Notes: a model not told the origin generated them from the sequence alone. A stretch of 32,000 bases of DNA from Candidatus Pelagibacter sp. HTCC7211 (GCF_000155895.1 NZ_DS995298.1:810001-842000); one strand, 5' to 3'. Shown: positions 7,731 to 15,059, counted from the stretch's first letter. Translations and numbers: made by a program.

Positions 7731-7991
7731 ATGACAGATATATACAAAAAAATAACTGAGCTTAACTCCAAGTATGGTAATGATTCTTCTGAATTTGAAG
7801 AAGAATTAACTGAGCACCTTAAGAAGAAGTTTCCTGAACAATATAAATTATCATTGAAAGATCTTAAAAATGATGGTTCAGATGATCCTGAAATGGAAAT
7901 GACACCAGGTAGATTTGCAGATCATATTGGTGATAAAAGTGAAGAGTTATTGAAAGAATATGAAGCTATTCTAAAAAAACTTAATGGATAA
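7731..7991 (+). CDS. small acidic hypothetical protein (86 aa), paralog of 8248..8523
   Basis: ORF track. Shares EEEL..(H/K)LK..F.E.YK...(D/E)L.N...PG....I.D with the product of 8248..8523. Confidence 0.55.
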   Translation: MTDIYKKITELNSKYGNDSSEFEEELTEHLKKKFPEQYKLSLKDLKNDGSDDPEMEMTPGRFADHIGDKSEELLKEYEAILKKLNG

Positions 7992-8001
7992 AATAGGATA
8001 A

Positions 8002-8244
8002 ATGGCTTTTGAATATAAAAAACTTGGTAAACTTCAAGATCATTTAGAAGCAGAAGCAACTGACTGGATAGAAAATTATATCAAGGACCTACATGGAGTT
8101 AATGATTCGGTAGAGCTTACAAAAGAACAAATAAGTGAAATTGATAAAGCAGCTGAGGATGAGAAATTAGATATCTATGTAGGTTTAGCACTGAGAAATA
8201 TAGTTCAAGCTTGGTATGACCATAACGAACCCGATACTCTTTAA
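8002..8244 (+). CDS. small acidic hypothetical protein (80 aa)
   Basis: ORF track. Its stop is 3 nt from the stop of the convergent gene 8248..8523. Confidence 0.5.
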   Translation: MAFEYKKLGKLQDHLEAEATDWIENYIKDLHGVNDSVELTKEQISEIDKAAEDEKLDIYVGLALRNIVQAWYDHNEPDTL

Positions 8245-8247
8245 AAC

Positions 8248-8523
8248 TTAGTTTTCTAAATTATCAAACCAATCATTAACAATAGTTAAAGCATTAGCTT
8301 GATCAGCTTCAGGCAAATCTTCTATATAAGCTGATATAGTTCCAGGTGATGGTATTTCTTCTTCTGGATTATTAAGTTCATTAGCTGCAATTTTATAACT
8401 TTCACCAAAACTTTCTTTTAACTTTTTTGCTAATTCTTCCTCAAGAGATGTTGCATTGCCTGGACTGTTATTATTGTAAATTTTGTCCATTACTTCATTA
8501 ACTCTGTTACGTAAATTTCCCAT
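8248..8523 (-). CDS. small acidic hypothetical protein (91 aa), paralog of 7731..7991
   Basis: ORF track. Its upstream region runs into operator copy 4, with possible TTAATT-N16-TATATT overlapping the operator. Confidence 0.55.
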   Translation of the reverse strand: MGNLRNRVNEVMDKIYNNNSPGNATSLEEELAKKLKESFGESYKIAANELNNPEEEIPSPGTISAYIEDLPEADQANALTIVNDWFDNLEN

Positions 8524-8542
8524 ATTTAAATCTAATATATTT

Positions 8543-8570
8543 AGTGAAATTGTTCAATTAACATTTCACT
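8543..8570. promoter_or_regulatory. operator copy 4: AGTGAAAT-N12-ATTTCACT in a divergent promoter region
   Basis: Exact half-sites, 10 nt upstream of TTGACG 8581..8586. On the other strand it overlaps the putative promoter of 8248..8523. Confidence 0.75.
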
Positions 8571-8580
8571 CCTAGCTTGG

Positions 8581-8608
8581 TTGACGGATTAGGTTTCTGT
8601 TTTATGAT
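8581..8608 (+). promoter_or_regulatory. promoter TTGACG-N16-TATGAT, then N6-ATG (leaderless geometry) for gene 8615
   Basis: TTGACGGATTA...TTATGATTAGGTTATG parallels 7043..7079 almost base for base. Confidence 0.65.
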
Positions 8609-8614
8609 TAGGTT

Positions 8615-8806
8615 ATGAAAACATATAAACCTTTTAAGTTAAAAATAAAAAAAAAATCTACCTATAAACCAATACGTTTTAAAAAGCCTAAACCTTATAA
8701 AAGGGGCAGGTTATTAAAAAATGGTATTACTCAGCATATGAGAGTTTCAATTACAGGTAGACGTTATTGGACACCGATTATCACTAAAATAGATCGTCCA
8801 GACTAA
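8615..8806 (+). CDS. very basic small hypothetical protein (63 aa)
   Basis: ORF track. Lys/Arg/Pro-rich (KLKIKKKSTYKPIRFKKPKPYKRGR). First gene after operator copy 4. Confidence 0.45.
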   Translation: MKTYKPFKLKIKKKSTYKPIRFKKPKPYKRGRLLKNGITQHMRVSITGRRYWTPIITKIDRPD

Positions 8807-8824
8807 TAATTTTTTCATAAAAAA

Positions 8825-9112
8825 ATGAATAATAGTTTTAGATTCGAGACTAATTTTAATAATCCAATACTCTATGAAGTTATTTTCTTAAATGACCAAG
8901 TTACTACAATCGAATTTATAATCCGAGTTTTAAAACATATTTTCAATAAGGAACATAAACATGCTCTTAAACTTACCAGAAAAATTCATGAAGAAGGATA
9001 TGGAGTTGTTGGGTCATATATTTATGAAATTGCAGGACAGAAAGAATTAGAAACAAGTTTGATGGCAAGAGATGAAAATTTTCCTTTAAGAGTTGTTATA
9101 AAAATAAAATAA
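8825..9112 (+). CDS. clpS: ClpS-like ATP-dependent Clp protease adaptor (95 aa)
   Basis: YEVIFLNDQVTTIEFIIRVLKHIF...ALKLTRKIHEEGYGVVG...PLRVVI is colinear with the ClpS core (VILLNDDYTPMEFV..VL...F...A...M..VH..G.A.CG). Confidence 0.75.
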   Translation: MNNSFRFETNFNNPILYEVIFLNDQVTTIEFIIRVLKHIFNKEHKHALKLTRKIHEEGYGVVGSYIYEIAGQKELETSLMARDENFPLRVVIKIK

Positions 9113-9178
9113 CTTCTTTTTAAATTAAATAAAATTTAAAATAGCTGATAAATAAATTAAATATGTTATATTTGGTTT

Positions 9179-9328
9179 ATGAAAACATATAGAATTAGAG
9201 TAAGAATTGCTGGTGGAAGAATAGTTGATATTGAAATTCAAGCACCTGATGTACATGCTGCGTTAAACATGGCTAAATCACAATATGGTGAAGGCAATGT
9301 CCTAAGTGCTCCAATATTGGTAAGATAA
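9179..9328 (+). CDS. small ORF family member (49 aa), below the track size cutoff
   Basis: Manual translation: MKTYRIRVRIAGGRIVDIEIQAPDVHAALNMAKSQYGEGNVLSAPILVR. Paralog at 10951..11106; truncated copy at 13173..13262. Confidence 0.5.
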   Translation: MKTYRIRVRIAGGRIVDIEIQAPDVHAALNMAKSQYGEGNVLSAPILVR

Positions 9329-9332
9329 CAAA

Positions 9333-10184
9333 ATGAAGTTTAAAATTGTACCTACTAGACAATATGACATCAGCAAGTTCACAAAAGGTGAGCAAGAAAT
9401 TTGGGTACATGTAAATTGGGGTTATTGTGAAGCTGATGAGTTAAATGTATACAGCAGTGATTTGTTTGAAAATTGTACATCGATCGAACAAGTACAAAAA
9501 GTTGTAGATGATACAGTCAGTAAATGTAAGACAGTTACAAAAAATACCGATTTAGATAATTACGAAGAATATTGGAAAGACAGTCTGGAAACCGATGTGT
9601 ATGACAGCGCTGAATTAGGAGAAGCGCTCAAACTTGATTATGAGGTATTGCTGAATACAACATCAAGTGGTGGTACAAATTGTGAAATAATTTTTCATAA
9701 AAATGTATCAGATGAGGAATTCAACAAAGAACTAGACAATGATGGAGAAATTATCACACTCGAAGATGCCGCAAATATTTGGAGAGACGAAGTATTATCA
9801 AACGATGGTTGGTTGGAAAGCACAGATACTTATTATCAAGCACCACTTAAAGTCGTCAATGTGTTGAGTGAAAAAGAACAAGCTGAGTTAGAAGCAAGTG
9901 CAGAATATCAATTTAACAAGAACGAAAGTGCTAAACGATGGGCAAGTAAGATTAACATTTTATTCATGGACAAAAAACCAGAAACAACTGAGGTCGAAAA
10001 ACTACAAAAACAACTTAGTAATGTTAAACAAGAAGATTTAGATCTTATATTGCGTTACTATGAACAAAAACATGGTGATACGGAATTTAAAGGTGGTGGG
10101 ATTAAAAAAATAGATAATAATAAAAAAATTGAATTTTTAAAAAATTTAAAACAACAGAAAAGCAAAGAAATAAGAGTTAATTAA
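9333..10184 (+). CDS. acidic hypothetical protein (283 aa)
   Basis: ORF track. No recognisable motifs. Confidence 0.55.
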   Translation: MKFKIVPTRQYDISKFTKGEQEIWVHVNWGYCEADELNVYSSDLFENCTSIEQVQKVVDDTVSKCKTVTKNTDLDNYEEYWKDSLETDVYDSAELGEALKLDYEVLLNTTSSGGTNCEIIFHKNVSDEEFNKELDNDGEIITLEDAANIWRDEVLSNDGWLESTDTYYQAPLKVVNVLSEKEQAELEASAEYQFNKNESAKRWASKINILFMDKKPETTEVEKLQKQLSNVKQEDLDLILRYYEQKHGDTEFKGGGIKKIDNNKKIEFLKNLKQQKSKEIRVN

Positions 10185-10472
10185 ATGAGCAATAAAGAAG
10201 ATGAATTGTTTAAATTTGTCAAAGAATGGGAAAATAAAGATTATAATGAGTTTAACAGAAACTTTGAAGCCTTTGTGGAAAAATTAGAATTATCTTATGA
10301 GGAAACAAAAGAAATTTCATTATCCTTAGACGCAGAATCTTATAAAGATGGTAGTCCAAATTCAGGCAGTGCTCACTTGCAATATGCCGCTGACTTTTTT
10401 GTAATGATACTTGAAGATTACGATAATAATAATGAGTCAGATGATTCAAGAAAATATTTGATTAATGAATGA
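10185..10472 (+). CDS. small acidic hypothetical protein (95 aa)
   Basis: ORF track. Starts 1 nt after the previous stop. Possible distant relative of the 7731/8248 family (SYEETK...DGSPNSGSAHLQYAADF). Confidence 0.5.
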   Translation: MSNKEDELFKFVKEWENKDYNEFNRNFEAFVEKLELSYEETKEISLSLDAESYKDGSPNSGSAHLQYAADFFVMILEDYDNNNESDDSRKYLINE

Positions 10473-10876
10473 CAGACGATAAGAAAACTCTTTTTAATAA
10501 ATTAGAGAGCATTAATGAAGAAGCGCATAATTATGCTTACAATTTGTGGGAAGAAGCAGGCAGACTAGAAGATGAGCATGGATATACTGATGAAGTTGAA
10601 GAGAAAAAAATATTAGCTAGTGATGAACAAGCATCATCATTTAAAGAAATTTTTAATAAAGAGCTAACTATTGAACAAAAAAAATTATTTTGGAAATTAG
10701 TAAAAAATGCAGATCAAGATCCTGATAGAGGTTTAATTGAACAATATTTAGATTGGTTTTGCAACAATTCTGAAAGAATGAAAATATGCTTAATTAAAGA
10801 AATGAGCAAATTAGCCACCAACCAATATTTTGCAGACCTTTTTCAAATTAAAAACTTTAATTATTTGGAAGATTAA
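10469..10876 (+). CDS. hypothetical protein (135 aa)
   Basis: ORF track. ATGA overlap with the upstream gene. Confidence 0.5.
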   Translation: MTDDKKTLFNKLESINEEAHNYAYNLWEEAGRLEDEHGYTDEVEEKKILASDEQASSFKEIFNKELTIEQKKLFWKLVKNADQDPDRGLIEQYLDWFCNNSERMKICLIKEMSKLATNQYFADLFQIKNFNYLED

Positions 10877-10893
10877 AATGTATTGTAAGACAT

Positions 10894-10930
10894 TATAGGA
10901 TAACTTGCACCCTAGTTGCACTCAGAGATA
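10894..10930 (+). repeat. copy 0 of the TATAGGATAAC + (TTGCAC-N5-TTGCAC) + CAGAGATA junction motif
   Basis: TATAGGATAAC 10894..10904, TTGCAC 10905..10910 and 10916..10921. Homologous to 13584..13622 and 15403..15441. Confidence 0.6.
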
Positions 10931-10950
10931 CAATAATATAAAATATTTTT

Positions 10951-11106
10951 ATGGAAATGAAAGAATATGAATTTTATGTAACGTTACAAGATGGCAAAGG
11001 TTTTAAGGTTATTCAAAAAGCAAGAACAATGTCTGAAGCTAAACAAGCAGTAGAAGCACAGTATTCTAATGCTAAATCTGTTATGTTTACAAGAGTTCCT
11101 TATTAA
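10951..11106 (+). CDS. small ORF family member (51 aa; 49 aa if started at ATG 10957)
   Basis: Manual translation: MEMKEYEFYVTLQDGKGFKVIQKARTMSEAKQAVEAQYSNAKSVMFTRVPY. Same length and MK.Y...V....G....A..QY pattern as 9179..9328. Confidence 0.45.
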   Translation: MEMKEYEFYVTLQDGKGFKVIQKARTMSEAKQAVEAQYSNAKSVMFTRVPY

Positions 11107-11114
11107 GAAAGCTA

Positions 11115-11131
11115 TTGCACTATACTTACAC
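11115..11131 (+). repeat. tandem hexamers TTGCAC-N5-TTACAC (11-bp period)
   Basis: Same hexamer family and period as 10905..10921 and 13595..13611. Confidence 0.45.
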
Positions 11132-11180
11132 ATAAAAGAAAAAAATACTTAGTTTAAATTCTCGTAATATTTTTACATTA

Positions 11181-11207
11181 TTGACTAAATTAGTATCTCA
11201 ATATAAT
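11181..11207 (+). promoter_or_regulatory. promoter TTGACT-N15-TATAAT, 7 nt before ATG 11215
   Basis: Near-consensus hexamers. The spacer is short (15 nt). There is essentially no leader. Confidence 0.45.
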
Positions 11208-11214
11208 GTAAATT

Positions 11215-12051
11215 ATGCCATCAGTGAAAGAGATTGCAAAAGCAGCTAAATTAAAAGTTCAGTCAAAAAAAAAAATAACAAATGAAGCTTTTGATGAGAT
11301 AAAAAAAAATTTACCAGAAAATTGCGCACTATTATTACAAGTACTTAACAAAAGTTTTAAAATAAATAAAGATTTTGATGATTTAAATCACGAATTAAAG
11401 GAAATTACTAAAAATCTTCATTTTAATATAAATGATACATCATCAAAATATAAAAAAAGTATTAAAGATCTTTGGTCAAAAGAAAAAGCAGAACTTCAAA
11501 CAGATGGTATAATTATTTGTGATATATATTACAAAACAAAAAATTTAACTGCAAAGTATGGCTTTAAACAAATTGCAGATAAGAGCGAGGGCAATAGACA
11601 GCTAATAGCTGATGCACTTGCAAATCAAACTTATTATGACGATGTTATAATAAGAGTTTCTGCTAATCCAATTCAATCAATTGATGTTAATAATCTAACT
11701 AATCATCTTATTAATTTTTCAGAAATTGATATTAAAAAATTAGCACAATTAATTTCAAAAACCGAGTTTAATTGGACATTAATAACATTAGCAGGATTCT
11801 CTGGAGCAACGCCAAATAAAAAAATATATAAATTTAAAAATTATAAAAAAATGATTGAAAACCTTACCAATTTTTTAGTTGATGAGACTTCTAAAGAAAA
11901 AGGTGAAATTTTAAAATATTTTTCAAAAGGATTGGTTTCTTCAATATTTAGTATCGCAAATGAATTTTTGACAGGTTTTAAAAGAGAAGAAATTGATTTT
12001 GCTTCACAAATACTTTTTTATGATGAAAAGGGAAGAGAGAAGAAAATATAG
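11215..12051 (+). CDS. hypothetical protein (278 aa)
   Basis: ORF track. No recognisable motifs. Confidence 0.55.
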   Translation: MPSVKEIAKAAKLKVQSKKKITNEAFDEIKKNLPENCALLLQVLNKSFKINKDFDDLNHELKEITKNLHFNINDTSSKYKKSIKDLWSKEKAELQTDGIIICDIYYKTKNLTAKYGFKQIADKSEGNRQLIADALANQTYYDDVIIRVSANPIQSIDVNNLTNHLINFSEIDIKKLAQLISKTEFNWTLITLAGFSGATPNKKIYKFKNYKKMIENLTNFLVDETSKEKGEILKYFSKGLVSSIFSIANEFLTGFKREEIDFASQILFYDEKGREKKI

Positions 12052-12118
12052 AATAATTAAATAAATAAAATTATCTATATTTATAGTAAACTATTAAATA
12101 TATCTCTTTAAATTGTTT

Positions 12119-12274
12119 TTATCTAACTTCTTTTACTTGACCATTCTGCATGTAAATTCTAAATGATTTTCTACATTTTTTACAATAAGCGGGGCTACTA
12201 CCATTACTTACACCTACATTATGAGTGTCAGTATTCCCACAGCTTGGACAAGCTACAGTTTCTCTTGATGCCAT
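12119..12274 (-). CDS. small zinc-ribbon protein (51 aa), below the track size cutoff
   Basis: Manual translation of the minus strand: MASRETVACPSCGNTDTHNVGVSNGSSPAYCKKCRKSFRIYMQNGQVKEVR. It has CxxC...CxxC. Confidence 0.45.
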   Translation of the reverse strand: MASRETVACPSCGNTDTHNVGVSNGSSPAYCKKCRKSFRIYMQNGQVKEVR

Positions 12275-12360
12275 TAATAAATTATAATCTAAATATAATC
12301 GAAATACAATTAATATTAATATATAGAAATAGTTAAATAAGAAATAGAATATAAAAAAAA

Positions 12361-13170
12361 ATGTCTATATTAGATAAGTTAAATAAAAAAAAAGCTAATA
12401 ATAAATCTAATATTGAATCTGATCCAACACCTGATACTGAATTAGCTTATAAAGAAATTCACAAATTTCTTGCAACAACCTCCATTTTGATAAAGAAAGA
12501 AATGACTACTTATGTAGATGGTCTTATTAAAGCAAAATTTAAAAAAAAAAGTGATATTAATCGTTTTGAAAAAAATTTTAATAATTCAGCAATAACAGAT
12601 ACATATTGGTTTACTCAGAAAGATGGTTTTGAGTTAGATAAATTTGTTGCGGTAGGATTAAAAATTAAAAGTTTCAATGAACTACAAATTAAAGAAGAAG
12701 AAAAATTAATTAAATTTAATAAAAAAGAACCAAATTGGTTTAAACTAACCGGAGAAGATGGTGAAATTCCCTGGGAAAGTATTTCATTTTTAAAAAGAAA
12801 ATCTGCAAAACAAGCAGTACGAGATTTTAATCTAAATTACAAAAAAATTTTAGATATAAAAAATGTAAAAATTGAATTAAGTATTATATGCGCTTCAAAA
12901 ACTCTAAGTGGTAAAATCTCTGATATAGGATCAATTTTCTCAAAAAGAGTAGATACACATAAGGAAGATATATCATCATCAATAGATAGTAGTGTTAGTG
13001 ATGTGTTGTCTAAAATTGGAATAAAAAGAAATCCAGAAATTATTAAAATTTTGAGAGACACAAAACAAAAAGTTAAAGAGAAAGTTAAAGAAAGCTCTAT
13101 AAAAGATTATAAAAAAAATCTAGAAAAGATAACTGAATTATTGGCCTCAAAATATCTTAATATTTTATGA
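12361..13170 (+). CDS. Lys-rich hypothetical protein (269 aa)
   Basis: ORF track. Confidence 0.55.
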   Translation: MSILDKLNKKKANNKSNIESDPTPDTELAYKEIHKFLATTSILIKKEMTTYVDGLIKAKFKKKSDINRFEKNFNNSAITDTYWFTQKDGFELDKFVAVGLKIKSFNELQIKEEEKLIKFNKKEPNWFKLTGEDGEIPWESISFLKRKSAKQAVRDFNLNYKKILDIKNVKIELSIICASKTLSGKISDIGSIFSKRVDTHKEDISSSIDSSVSDVLSKIGIKRNPEIIKILRDTKQKVKEKVKESSIKDYKKNLEKITELLASKYLNIL

Positions 13171-13172
13171 TT

Positions 13173-13262
13173 ATGGCTAAATCACAATATGGTGAAGGTA
13201 ATGTTTTAGGTGCTCCAATGTTAGTGAGATCCTCATACAATAATAAAGAAGAAAATATTTGA
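13173..13262 (+). pseudogene. truncated 3' copy of the 9179..9328 small ORF
   Basis: 13173..13229 matches 9269..9325 at about 87% (ATGGCTAAATCACAATATGGTGAAGG...). Homology starts at an internal Met codon of the intact gene. Confidence 0.55.
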
Positions 13263-13304
13263 GTAAATGACAGTCGACAGAATTAAAAATTTAGAAAGTT
13301 AAAA

Positions 13305-13571
13305 ATGCTATATTCTGAAAAAGATGTTATTGAAAAAATTAAGAATTTAACAAAAACTGTTAAGAATGATCAAACATTTGAAAGTGTTGTTGATCGTTTT
13401 ATAAACGAAACCTTTGGTGATCCATCAGGCACAGGAAATACTGAGGGTGTAGAGTCATTGATATTAGATTTAACAAATAATAACGAAGAAATAAGAAAAT
13501 TTTTTAATAATGATCAATATAATATTTTAATTGAGAAATTAAATTTGTGGCAAGACCAAAATTTTGAATAA
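13305..13571 (+). CDS. small acidic hypothetical protein (88 aa)
   Basis: ORF track. Confidence 0.5.
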   Translation: MLYSEKDVIEKIKNLTKTVKNDQTFESVVDRFINETFGDPSGTGNTEGVESLILDLTNNNEEIRKFFNNDQYNILIEKLNLWQDQNFE

Positions 13572-13583
13572 ACTATAGGACTT

Positions 13584-13734
13584 TATAGGATAACTTGCAC
13601 AAGACTTGTACATGAGGAGATAAAATAAAAAAAATTTACTTATTAGCCTTGTTCAATTATAAATATTAGCATAAACACTCATGAAATTCATTAATGCCCT
13701 CGTGGTGAAATTGGTAGACACAAAGGACTTAAAA
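13584..13734 (+). repeat. direct repeat DR-L: junction motif + tRNA-Leu promoter region + 5' 39 nt of tRNA-Leu
   Basis: 13639..13734 is identical by eye to 15458..15553; 13584..13638 is diverged. The tRNA part (13696..13734) stops at the anticodon loop (CTTAAAA). Confidence 0.85.
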
Positions 13735-13757
13735 GGCGAGGGATAGAAGTTAAAGTC

Positions 13758-13783
13758 AGTCCATAGTAGTCCAAGGCAGTCTA
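13758..13783 (+). repeat. three tandem AGTCCA/AGTCTA sites, 10-bp period
   Basis: AGTCCAtagtAGTCCAaggcAGTCTA, just inside the left end of the insertion. Confidence 0.45.
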
Positions 13784-13861
13784 AAAAATCCTATAAAATC
13801 TTATAACCTTAACTTAGCTTTAAATTAATATTGGATAATAAGACTTAATTAATTTGTGCAA

Positions 13862-13881
13862 ACCAGCACAAAACCAGCACA
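13862..13881 (+). repeat. tandem CAGCAC sites (11-bp period), left-end copy
   Basis: 19/20 identical to 15412..15431 at the right end of the same insertion. Confidence 0.6.
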
Positions 13882-13970
13882 TAAATAGTTAAAAAAATTT
13901 TATTTACAACCCAAACTAGAGGGATATTTGTTTTTATTTACAAATATAGTCAATCTTATAAAATGAAATT

Positions 13971-14336
13971 GTGAGTTTAAAAAAAAAGTTACTATGTAGT
14001 GTAGCAGTTGCCACTGTAGCTATACCTTTATCATTAAACAATATTACTTCTTCTGCTAAAGCTGAATCTTGCTACTCCCTTGGTAACTCAATTTATTGCA
14101 GTGATGGTTTTAGCGCCTATTCTCTTGGAAACTCGGTTTATGGTAATGATGGTTATAGTTCATACTCTTTAGGTAACTCAACTTATGGCAATGATGGTTT
14201 TAGTTCCTATTCTCTTGGAAACTCGGTTTATGGTAATGATGGTTTTAGTGCCTATTCTCTTGGAAACTCGATTTATGGTAATGATGGTTTCAGTGCCTAT
14301 TCTCTTGGAAACTCTATATATAGTTTTGGCAATTAA
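13971..14336 (+). CDS. secreted repeat protein, 5.8 copies of the 15-aa unit YSLGNS(I/V/T)YGNDG(F/Y)S(A/S) (121 aa)
   Basis: GTG start. Sec-type signal (LLCSVAVATVAIPLSLNNITSSAKA|E). The whole mature part is G/N/S/Y-rich repeats. Confidence 0.6.
   Translation: MSLKKKLLCSVAVATVAIPLSLNNITSSAKAESCYSLGNSIYCSDGFSAYSLGNSVYGNDGYSSYSLGNSTYGNDGFSSYSLGNSVYGNDGFSAYSLGNSIYGNDGFSAYSLGNSIYSFGN
14073..14333 (+). repeat. in-frame 45-bp tandem DNA repeat (about 5.8 units)
   Basis: Units such as TATTCTCTTGGAAACTCGGTTTATGGTAATGATGGTTTTAGTGCC repeat head-to-tail with a few substitutions. Confidence 0.9.
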
Positions 14337-15059
14337 TTGAAAACAATTAAAGTTGGGTGGTTTATAGACGACACACATAGAGCTAAATTTCTTTTTAATG
14401 AACCTTTTCCAGTAAAAAAAACCAGAAGAATTCCTTTATCAAAAAGAGCGGTACAGGCATGTCCTGCAGTCAATCACTTCGAAAGACGATATTTTCAAGT
14501 AAACTTTCCTTACGATCTGAGACTAAGATATGAGTTTGAAAATGAAAAACATAATTTGTATGTAATTCCAGAAGAAACAAGAATCGACGATGATTTAATT
14601 GCACAAAATATTGTTTTAATGCCTCCAAAATTTTGGAGGGATGAAAATTTTCCAACTATTCAAATAATGTGTCCTTATGTTTTTATATCTGATGATGATG
14701 TTTTTATGTCACAACTACCACCATTCTTAGACTATAAGCATAATTTATGGCCTGGTTTAGTGACAGCAGGAAGGTTTCCTATAAATATTTGGCCAAGAAT
14801 TCTTTCTTGGGGATTTGAGTGGGTCGATAAAAAAAAAGATTTAATTTTTAAAAGAGGTGACCCCTGGTTTTATGTTTTTTTTGAATCAAAAGACCCAACT
14901 GACATAATTAATTTAATAATGGCTGATAATACTGATGAATTAAAAGAATATAGGAAAGGTATAGCAGATACTGTTAAATACACTTCAAATTCTTTTGGAT
15001 TATTTGAAGAAGCAAAAAAAAGAAGGCCAAAAAAACTTTTAAAAGAAAGGAAAAAGTGA
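14337..15059 (+). CDS. hypothetical protein (240 aa), coupled to the repeat protein
   Basis: ORF track. The TTG start immediately follows the TAA of 13971..14336, so the start is uncertain. Basic C-terminal tail. Confidence 0.5.
   Translation: MKTIKVGWFIDDTHRAKFLFNEPFPVKKTRRIPLSKRAVQACPAVNHFERRYFQVNFPYDLRLRYEFENEKHNLYVIPEETRIDDDLIAQNIVLMPPKFWRDENFPTIQIMCPYVFISDDDVFMSQLPPFLDYKHNLWPGLVTAGRFPINIWPRILSWGFEWVDKKKDLIFKRGDPWFYVFFESKDPTDIINLIMADNTDELKEYRKGIADTVKYTSNSFGLFEEAKKRRPKKLLKERKK

Noticed and set aside
14073-14333. Regular 45-bp repeats as a possible CRISPR array
   Set aside because: The repeats are head-to-tail with no spacers, in frame within a signal-peptide-bearing ORF, and encode a coherent 15-aa repeat. 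There are no cas genes.
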